A stretch of 64,000 bases of DNA from Alphaproteobacteria bacterium (GTDB lineage Bacteria; Pseudomonadota; Alphaproteobacteria; UBA828). The notes below the pieces were generated by a model. That model made no database searches and was not told where the DNA came from. It saw nothing but the letters and a program-made list of their open reading frames with translations. The DNA lies in contig CBDEFM010000001.1 in assembly GCA_965237415.1 (NCBI GenBank), positions 480,001 to 544,000 of the forward strand. The letters are read 5' to 3'. Below are positions 1-10,214 of this stretch, one piece after another. Numbering within the stretch: the stretch's first letter is position 1; each line of letters opens with the position of its first letter. Both the position numbers and the translations under genes were made by a program.

Positions 1-891
1 GTAGTCGAGCGCCTCGGCGGCGGCTTGGAAGCGCTCGTAGGGCATCACGCAGGCGCCGGCGAAATAGTTTGCCAGGTTGATGGCGAGGAGGCGGCGCGCC
101 TCCCCCTGAAAGCCCGACTGGTCTGCGATGTCGTCGAAAAGCTCGTGCCAGCCGAGCAGCGCCAGCTGATGGGCGAGCTGGAAGACGCGCTCCTCAGGCG
201 CCAACGCGTCGGACAGCAGTACGCGCCGGCCGTGGCGGTCGTAGCGCCGGACCAGGTCGTGCATGACGTGCGCGGGCATGATGCGGACCTTGAGGCCGTG
301 GGCGTCCGTAAGGACGGCGCGCAGCCCCTCGTAGAGGCCGTCGGCATCGAGGCTCGCGTCGGCCCAGAGCCGTTCGGCTGCCTCCTCAAGCTCGGGGAAA
401 TAGCCGGACCGGGCCTGGACGACGTCATGCACCTCGTCGCTCGGGACCCCGGCCGCCGCAGCCAGGGGGGCCGGCGGGCTCTTCTCCCCGGCGCCGCCGA
501 GACCCTCGGCACCGTTCATCGTGTTTTCCAGAAGGTCGCGGTAGGCGCGGAAGAGGAGAATGACGGCATCGCCGAGCGCGGGGCTAGCCTGGGCCGCGTC
601 GCGAATGTCTTGATCGCCCACTTGGCTTCGGGCAAATAGCGGATCGCCGAACACCTCCCGCAGTTGGGCGGTGACACGCCCCTCATCGTCATCCGCGAAG
701 CGCTGGAGATCGATGTCGAACGCCTGGCCGAGCTTGAGCAGGAAGGGAACCGTCACGGGCCGCTGGCTGCGCTCGATCAGGTTCAGGTAGCTCGTGGAGA
801 TTCCGAGTTGAGCCGCCATGCGCGCCTGGGTGAGTCCGCGCTCGCGCCGGAGCCTGCGTACTCTTTGGCCCGCCATCACCTTGCCCTGCAT
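1..891 (-). CDS. XRE-HTH short-chain fatty acyl-CoA regulator (RamB/PccR/ScfR family), runs off window edge
   Basis: Hand translation from ATG at 891: MQGKVMAGQRVRRLRRERGLTQARMAAQLGISTSYLNLIERSQRPVT, a typical XRE HTH. Divergent from aceBA. Not in the ORF track because it is truncated. Confidence 0.85.
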   Translation of the reverse strand, partial: MQGKVMAGQRVRRLRRERGLTQARMAAQLGISTSYLNLIERSQRPVTVPFLLKLGQAFDIDLQRFADDDEGRVTAQLREVFGDPLFARSQVGDQDIRDAAQASPALGDAVILLFRAYRDLLENTMNGAEGLGGAGEKSPPAPLAAAAGVPSDEVHDVVQARSGYFPELEEAAERLWADASLDADGLYEGLRAVLTDAHGLKVRIMPAHVMHDLVRRYDRHGRRVLLSDALAPEERVFQLAHQLALLGWHELFDDIADQSGFQGEARRLLAINLANYFAGACVMPYERFQAAAEALDY

Positions 892-1086
892 GGTCCGCCC
901 CTCGCACAAATGCCCGATACGCCCCGTGCGCACGCACAATATTTTACAGAATTCACAACATGACAGCAATCTACATACTAAACATGAATGAAATACACGT
1001 TTTTTTCCAACAAGTTATAGACATTTCCCCCCTATCGCGCGACATTGATGTCGTATTGCGATGCAACACGAAAGGAGTAGCACGCG

Positions 1087-2733
<1,647 letters not shown>

Positions 2734-2743
2734 GGAGGATGAG

Positions 2744-4045
<1,302 letters not shown>

Positions 4046-4067
4046 ACGCCCCAGATTTCGCGGCGGC

Positions 4068-5789
4068 CTACGAGCGCGGGCCGGCCTGCGGGCCCCGAAG
4101 CAGGCGGCCGGGGAGCGCGCCGGTCGCCTCGCCGTCCCGATACACAGGGACGCCGGAGACCACCGTCGCGGCGTACCCCTCGGCCCGCTGGATGAGGCGC
4201 CGCCCACCGCCGGGGAGATCGTAGACCGGCTCCGGGCAATGCAGCGTCAGCCCATCGAGGTCGATCACGTTGAGGTCGGCCTTGTAGCCGGGCTGGAGCA
4301 GCCCGCGGTCTTCGAGGCCGAGGGCAAGCGCGTTGTCGCGCGTCATGCGTTTCACCGCCCAGGGGAGAGACATCCGCTCGCCTTTCGTCCGGTCGCGAAC
4401 CCAGTGGCTCAACATGTAGGTGAAGGCGCTCGCATCGCACAGCATGCCCACATGAGCGCCGCCGTCGCCGAGGCTGACGAGCGTGTTCGGGTGCCGCAGC
4501 ATCTCCCCCACGGCATCCAGGGAGCCCTCGCTGTAGTTGCTGACCGGCCGGTAGAGCAGCGCCTTCCCGTCGCGCTCCAACAGGTAGTCGTAGGCGACGT
4601 CCTCGGGCGTGCGCCCCTCGCGGGCGGCGATGGCGGCGATGCTCCGCTCGGCGGGCGGCTCGTAGTCAGGCGGCGTGCCGAGCGGGTAGAGCCGGTCCCA
4701 GCGGCAGACGCGCTTGGCGACGAACGCGTCCGAGCACTCTTCCTCGAAGAGGCGGGCGCGGAACGCGGGCTGCCGCAAGGTCTCCAGCTTCTTCTCGAGC
4801 GGCAGGTGGGCGATCGCCTCCCAGCTCGACCGGCCGGAGAAGGGGTTCACCGAAATCTCGAAGCCAAGCAGGACCCCGGTGGCGCGGGTCAGCGTCTGGC
4901 CGATCATCGGGAGGCCCGCACGGTTCGCCTCGGCGATAAGATCGAGAAGACGGCGCCAGCCATCCGGCCTGCGGTCGTTCTGGAGGATGGTGATGGCTAT
5001 CGGCCGCCGGCTGCGCTCGACCACGCGGCGCAACATGGCGAACTCCTCGTCGAGATCGTGAAAGTCGGAGATCACCTGCAGCCAACCGGTTCCGACCGTG
5101 CCCATCGCAACGCAGATGGCACTCAGCTCGTCCTCCGCCGCCGTCAAAGTCGGGATCGGGCGGCCGTCCAGCGTCTTGTGGTTGAGCGTGCGCGAGGTCG
5201 AGAAGCCGAGCGCGCCGGCCCGCACACCCGCCGCCGCGATCTCTGCCATTGCCGCGTTGTCCTCAGGGCTGGCGGGCTCCCGCTCCACGCCCCGCTGGCC
5301 CATGACGAAGACACGCACCGGCGAATGCGGCACCTGCGCCGCGATGTCGAGGTCGTAGGGCCTGGCGTCGAGCGCGTCCATGTATTGCTCGAAGCTCTGC
5401 CAGGTCCACGGCAGCCCTTCGTCCAGCACCGCGCCGGGGATGTCCTCGACGCCCTCCATGAACTCCACCAGCGTCTCCCGCTGGTCGGGCCGACAGGGCG
5501 CGAAGCCGACGCCGCAATTGCCGATCATCGCGGTGGTGACGCCGTTCCAGGACGAGGGCGTGAGCCGGCTGCTCCAGGTGGCCTGCGCATCGTAATGGGT
5601 GTGGGGATCGATGAAGCCCGGCGTCACGATCATGCCGCGCGCATCGATCTCCTCATCGCCGGGACCGAGATTGGGCCCGACCGCCGCAACCAGACCGCAT
5701 GAGATCGCGACATCCGCCTCGCGGGGCTCGCTGCCTGAGCCGTCCACGACGGTGCCGCCGCGGATTACCAGCGCATATGGCCGAGTCAT
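4068..5789 (-). CDS. N-acyl-D-amino-acid deacylase family amidohydrolase
   Basis: PGFIDPHTHYD, GNCGVGFAP and LGDGGAH motifs. Confidence 0.9.
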   Translation of the reverse strand: MTRPYALVIRGGTVVDGSGSEPREADVAISCGLVAAVGPNLGPGDEEIDARGMIVTPGFIDPHTHYDAQATWSSRLTPSSWNGVTTAMIGNCGVGFAPCRPDQRETLVEFMEGVEDIPGAVLDEGLPWTWQSFEQYMDALDARPYDLDIAAQVPHSPVRVFVMGQRGVEREPASPEDNAAMAEIAAAGVRAGALGFSTSRTLNHKTLDGRPIPTLTAAEDELSAICVAMGTVGTGWLQVISDFHDLDEEFAMLRRVVERSRRPIAITILQNDRRPDGWRRLLDLIAEANRAGLPMIGQTLTRATGVLLGFEISVNPFSGRSSWEAIAHLPLEKKLETLRQPAFRARLFEEECSDAFVAKRVCRWDRLYPLGTPPDYEPPAERSIAAIAAREGRTPEDVAYDYLLERDGKALLYRPVSNYSEGSLDAVGEMLRHPNTLVSLGDGGAHVGMLCDASAFTYMLSHWVRDRTKGERMSLPWAVKRMTRDNALALGLEDRGLLQPGYKADLNVIDLDGLTLHCPEPVYDLPGGGRRLIQRAEGYAATVVSGVPVYRDGEATGALPGRLLRGPQAGPRS

Positions 5790-5870
5790 CCTCGCCCCCT
5801 TCTCACACCCGGAGAGCAGCCCATTAGAAAGAAATCGCGCGTGGCCGCAAGGGTGGAGTGCACCAAAGTG

Positions 5871-6008
5871 CGGCGCGTGATCGCCGGCACCGACTGCGGC
5901 TTCAGCACCTTCGCGAGCTACCAGTTCGTGGCAGATGACGTGGTATGGGCGAAGCTTCGCATGGTCGCCGACGGCGCCGCGCTCGCCACCGAACGGCTCT
6001 GGGGATAG
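5871..6008 (+). pseudogene. C-terminal remnant of a cobalamin-independent methionine synthase II / epoxyalkane:CoM transferase family gene
   Basis: Hand translation RVIAGTDCGFSTFASYQFVADDVVWAKLRMVADGAALATERLWG*; no upstream body or start. Confidence 0.75.
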
Positions 6009-6072
6009 CCCGGAATATTGGCCACGGTCGCGGTCGGGTCCCGCCGCCCACCTCGGGCAAACTATATTCTTG

Positions 6073-6300
6073 GCGGGATTCGCCGGGATAAAGTGGGATT
6101 AAGTGGGATAAGTGGGATTCCGCGGGACAGGGTCGCGGGCGCATCCCACAAATTCGGACGCGGGAGCATGATTGCTGCATAGCGCCATCCTGGCGCAGAA
6201 GCCCGGCACCCTGCATCGCACCATGGTCCGTGGTCGCGCGGGCCTGAAAGGTCCCGCGCGCGGAGAAGAGTCGCGCACGCCTGAAAGGTCGTGGGCGCGG
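6073..6300. repeat. composite intergenic repeat, copy A (GGGAT array, conserved block, two hairpins)
   Basis: GGGAT at 6075, 6085, 6095, 6105 and 6114; blocks 6182-6230 and 6233-6300 resemble sequence at 47807-48210. Confidence 0.8.
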
Positions 6301-6360
6301 TACAAAATCGCGCGGACGATGACCGTAGCGAAAAATTCGAGCCAGCCGGGCCGGCCGGCC

Positions 6361-7956
6361 CTAACGATTGAGGATCAGGTCCGACCCCTTCTCGCCGATC
6401 ATGATAGTGGGCGCGTTGGTGTTGGAGCTGGTCACGATCGGCATGATCGAGGCGTCGATCACGCGGAGCCCGTCGATGCCACGGACCCAGAGCTCCGGGT
6501 CGACGACCGCCATGTCGTCGATCCCCATCGTGCAGGTGCTGGTGGGATGATAGGCCGGCAGCGTGTATTGCCGGATATAGGCTTCGAGCGCCTCGTCGCT
6601 CCGGTCCCCGGGCGCAGGCAGGTAAAGCTCCTTGAAGTGCGGCTTGAAGGCCTTGCTCTCGAAGATCGCACGCGAAATCTTGCAGCCGTCGATCATCCGC
6701 CGCATGTCGTCCTCGTCGCCCAAGAGGTTCGAGAAGATGCGCGGCGGCTCGTTGGGATCGGCTGAGCGGAGCGTGAGCCTGCTGCGGCTCTTCGGGCGGC
6801 AGACATTGACCGGCAGAGTGACGCCGGGGCGCTCAAGCAGCTTGATTCCGTCCGGGCCGAACTCGTAGCCAGTCGGCACGAAGTGGATCTGGATGTCGGG
6901 GCGGTCCTCCTCCTCCGGCCGGGTGCGGACGAAGGCCACCTGCTGGGCGATGGGGCTCGCCGCCGGCCCCTTGCCGCGCAGCAACCAGTCGAGGCCGTGC
7001 CGCACGTAGCCCGACGGCGTGACCTCGGTGTTATAGGTGCTGATGTCGACATAGCCGGCCACCCAGGCGGCCGGATGCTCCTGCAAGTTGTTGCCGACAC
7101 CCGGCGAGTCCGCGACCACGGGGATGCCGAGCTGGGAGAGATCGTCCGCCGGCCCTATCCCTGAGCGCAGCAGGATCGCCGGCGATGCGATGGCGCCGGC
7201 GGAGAGGACGATCTCGCCGTCCGCCCTTGCCTCGTGTTTCACGCCGGCCCGGCTGTAGACGACGGCGCGCGCGCGCCCCTCCTCGAACAGCACCTTGTCC
7301 ACCCGCGCCTCGGTCTCGACATCGAGGTTTCTCCGCCCCATCACCGGCCTGAGGTAGGCGCGGGCCGTGCTGTTGCGGCGGCCGAAGCGAACCGTCCCCT
7401 GGTTGGGGCCGGCGCCCTCCTGGCGCTCGCCGTTCACGTCCGGATTGAAGGGGATGCCGAGCTCCTTTGCCGCTTCGACGAAGACGCGGCCCAGCGGATG
7501 CGGCGTCGGCACGTCGGAGACGCGGAGCGGCCCGTCGGCACCGTGATACTCGCTCGGGCCCAGGGGATTGCTCTCCATGCGCTTGAAGTAGGGCAGCACG
7601 TCGCGATAGCTCCACGCGCCGGTGTTGCCGATGAGGCGGGCCCAGCCGTCATAGTCCTCATGCTGACCGCGCAAATAGATCATGCCGTTGATGGAGCTCG
7701 ACCCGCCGAGCACCTTGCCGCCCGGCCACATGGCGTCGCGCCCGTTGAGCGAGGGGTCGGGCTCGCTCATGTACATCCAGTTGAAGCGGGGGTTCAGGAT
7801 CGCTTTGATCTCGCCGGCGGGGACCCGCAGCACCGGCGAGGTGTCGAAGCCGCCGCCTTCGAGCAGCAGGACCTTGTTCGTGCGCTCGGCGGAAAGCCGA
7901 TGCGCGAGCACGCACCCGGCCGACCCTGCGCCCACGATGATGTAGTCCCACGCCAT
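6361..7956 (-). CDS. GMC family oxidoreductase (choline dehydrogenase-like)
   Basis: [14 protein letters not shown] motif, [16 protein letters not shown] and C-terminal [12 protein letters not shown]; start moved to MAWDY. Confidence 0.93.
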   Translation of the reverse strand: MAWDYIIVGAGSAGCVLAHRLSAERTNKVLLLEGGGFDTSPVLRVPAGEIKAILNPRFNWMYMSEPDPSLNGRDAMWPGGKVLGGSSSINGMIYLRGQHEDYDGWARLIGNTGAWSYRDVLPYFKRMESNPLGPSEYHGADGPLRVSDVPTPHPLGRVFVEAAKELGIPFNPDVNGERQEGAGPNQGTVRFGRRNSTARAYLRPVMGRRNLDVETEARVDKVLFEEGRARAVVYSRAGVKHEARADGEIVLSAGAIASPAILLRSGIGPADDLSQLGIPVVADSPGVGNNLQEHPAAWVAGYVDISTYNTEVTPSGYVRHGLDWLLRGKGPAASPIAQQVAFVRTRPEEEDRPDIQIHFVPTGYEFGPDGIKLLERPGVTLPVNVCRPKSRSRLTLRSADPNEPPRIFSNLLGDEDDMRRMIDGCKISRAIFESKAFKPHFKELYLPAPGDRSDEALEAYIRQYTLPAYHPTSTCTMGIDDMAVVDPELWVRGIDGLRVIDASIMPIVTSSNTNAPTIMIGEKGSDLILNR

Positions 7957-8179
7957 CCTTCCCTCCGCGCGCCGGGCATGATTCGCGCGGCTAGTGTCGC
8001 AAGCCAAGGGTGGATGGGCAAAGTCATTGAATTGCGGCGAGGCGCCTTTCGCGGTTGCCATCCGCGTAGTCGACATGGCCGGACATAGTCTGCGGAAATG
8101 AGTAACGAAAGCATGGCGAATCAGCCTAGCCCCACACCTCCTCTTCGCCGTAGCCCCTGAAGTCTTCCAATTCAAAACA

Positions 8180-9493
8180 TTAGATCGGAACCTCAGGCAG
8201 GGGTTCAAGTTGAGTCTCCGACAACAGATGAAGGCCTATTACACGACGCTTGGTCTGTTCATTGCCCGCGGAACTTAGTTTGCGAGCCTCAGTTTGAAGA
8301 GCATTTATGCGACGGTCTATTTCTACATCCAACTGCTCGAACACGTGCATTGCTGTGGTGTGACGAAACGACTGAGACCAACTCCATACGATACTATGCA
8401 ACTCAACCATAGACTGATGGTATCGCCGTCGGTGCGACGATGACATGCCTTCGGCAGCCGCCTTCATCTCCCGCTTGGCGTCTTTCACCACCATGTCGAG
8501 TTTCGTCAAGAATTTTTTTCTGGCGGCCCTAGATGGCTCTAAGGAACGGCCAGAAATGCGATATCCCAAGAAATCCGTTCCGTTATGGATATTTCCATCG
8601 TCGACCTTGCCATCATTGCGAGCTTTGACGTCACGCAAGTCGTACACTTCCATATCCATGGCTTTGAGAATCGCACGAGCCGATCGGTAGGCGGACATGA
8701 CTTTGGCTTTGGACGGTCCCAAGAGAATAAAGTCGTCGATATACCGAATACAACTTATTCCTCGTTCATTCATTCTTGCATCAAAGCTGTGCAAGGCAAT
8801 GTTGCCAGCTAGTGCGGACAACGCTGAACCTTGTGCCACTCCGATATCAGGGTCAGGGAACAATTTGAATAGGTTGCGCTCCTCCAACTCCTCTCGGTTT
8901 TCGAGGTTAGTAGTCAGTGCCTCTTCAAAAAAATCGGAAAACTCCGGATCATTTACCGCAGTACCAACAAACGCGTTGACATCAGCTCTTGCAATTCTTG
9001 TGAAGAAATCCCTGATGTCTGACCGAATGAACCAATACTTGCCCGACTGTACCGCTTGATCCACCAAGGCTATGCCCTCTGGTACGCCACGACCGGCAAT
9101 CCCGCCAACGCTAGTCGGCGTCTCCATGATGCTTCGAATAGCTGGTATACCCCGCCACTGACGGTGCCTTTCAGTCGCCGGTCCTCCACAGCCTTGAAGG
9201 ACATCGAGAATAGCGCGCCGAACTATACGGTTCTCAATGGGCGCCAAGACCAACGGACGGACCCCTTTCTTGCCTTTCCCCTTAGGTGGAGCGATGCCGG
9301 TCTCGCCGGAAAACGTGAATCTATGATTCTTCAGCCGACGTTGCAGCCGCTCGAGATTATTCAGAAAGTTGTCGTCGAATTGAATGATGAGGCGTTTAGT
9401 TTTCTCGCTATCGGACTTAAGGCCACTAGTCTTGACCTTACCCCAAGCTGGATACAGCACGCCTCGGTATCGAATTTGGGCGTAGAGACCCAC
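8180..9493 (-). CDS. reverse transcriptase, group II-like (probable G2L4 class, YIDD)
   Basis: RT motifs RPLVLAPIENRIV, SDIRDFF, GVAQGSALS, RYIDDF and FLGY; GTG start with GAGG SD; visibly lower GC than the flanks; no endonuclease domain. Confidence 0.92.
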   Translation of the reverse strand: MGLYAQIRYRGVLYPAWGKVKTSGLKSDSEKTKRLIIQFDDNFLNNLERLQRRLKNHRFTFSGETGIAPPKGKGKKGVRPLVLAPIENRIVRRAILDVLQGCGGPATERHRQWRGIPAIRSIMETPTSVGGIAGRGVPEGIALVDQAVQSGKYWFIRSDIRDFFTRIARADVNAFVGTAVNDPEFSDFFEEALTTNLENREELEERNLFKLFPDPDIGVAQGSALSALAGNIALHSFDARMNERGISCIRYIDDFILLGPSKAKVMSAYRSARAILKAMDMEVYDLRDVKARNDGKVDDGNIHNGTDFLGYRISGRSLEPSRAARKKFLTKLDMVVKDAKREMKAAAEGMSSSHRRRYHQSMVELHSIVWSWSQSFRHTTAMHVFEQLDVEIDRRINALQTEARKLSSAGNEQTKRRVIGLHLLSETQLEPLPEVPI

Positions 9494-9555
9494 GGCAACC
9501 TCGTACTACTTTGGGGGCCCTATCGGCAAACCCGCCCCCGACAGAATCGCGAGGT

Positions 9556-9692
9556 TCGATCCCCAGGGCTCCGAAGGCGCTCAAGGCAGCCTGCGGGTGC
9601 GACCTGCTCCGCAGAAGCATCCGCCCTGCGGTCCCCGCTCCCAGCATAGCCGACGCTCAAGACAAGCCCGACCGCGAGAAGCGGGAGGATCA
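9556..9692. repeat. 137-bp direct repeat, RT-proximal copy
   Basis: tcgatccccagggctccg...gcgggaggatca, identical to 9923-10059. Confidence 0.97.
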
Positions 9693-9922
9693 GGCCCGAG
9701 ACGGAAAATCCGCCGGACCTGCGCGCCGGCAACTTGGCGCGTTTTTGAGAGCGCGGGTCATCTGGCAATCCTCCTGCTGGGCGACCGTATCGTTTTTGGG
9801 TCGTTCATCAAGTGGCGCCAGCGCGCCTCCGCGCCCACGGAAATATAGAAGTTGTCGACCGTCCGATAGGCCCCCATCACGGTTAGGGCTCCGGTGACGT
9901 AGACTTCCGCCGGGCGCGAAGG

Positions 9923-10059
9923 TCGATCCCCAGGGCTCCGAAGGCGCTCAAGGCAGCCTGCGGGTGCGACCTGCTCCGCAGAAGCATCCGCCCTGCGGTC
10001 CCCGCTCCCAGCATAGCCGACGCTCAAGACAAGCCCGACCGCGAGAAGCGGGAGGATCA
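9923..10059. repeat. 137-bp direct repeat, promoter-proximal copy
   Basis: Identical to 9556-9692; 230-bp spacer between the copies. Confidence 0.97.
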
Positions 10060-10067
10060 ACGCAATG

Positions 10068-10096
10068 ACTATACATCATGTCGCCCTCAACCGCAA
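10068..10096 (-). promoter_or_regulatory. sigma70-type promoter driving the repeat leader and RT
   Basis: Minus strand reads TTGCGG-N17-TATAGT; predicted TSS near 10061, at the start of the repeat. Confidence 0.65.
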
Positions 10097-10214
10097 GATA
10101 GGGTAAGGTACGGTATATATTGGGACCGAATTTGGGCGATAATTTGCTGTGCGACCGGACTATGGCGCGCGTCTACAGCCGCCACCCCCGGCCGTTACCT
10201 TTTCGGGATAGTGC

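Larger units (their letters stand above)
9494..10061 (-). ncRNA. putative structured RT-associated leader/ncRNA
   Basis: Spans the predicted TSS to the RT start. Contains two identical hairpin repeats whose G-U pairs favour the minus strand, plus a 14-bp long-range helix. Confidence 0.6.

Noticed and set aside
8180-10059. Group II intron, retron or DGR interpretation of the RT locus
   Set aside because: No recognisable intron domain V/VI after the ORF. No retron VTG or NAxxH signature (it has FLGY). The repeats are identical rather than differing at adenines, and there is no Avd or target gene.
9556-10059. CRISPR array
   Set aside because: Only two repeats of 137 bp with a 230-bp spacer, and no cas genes
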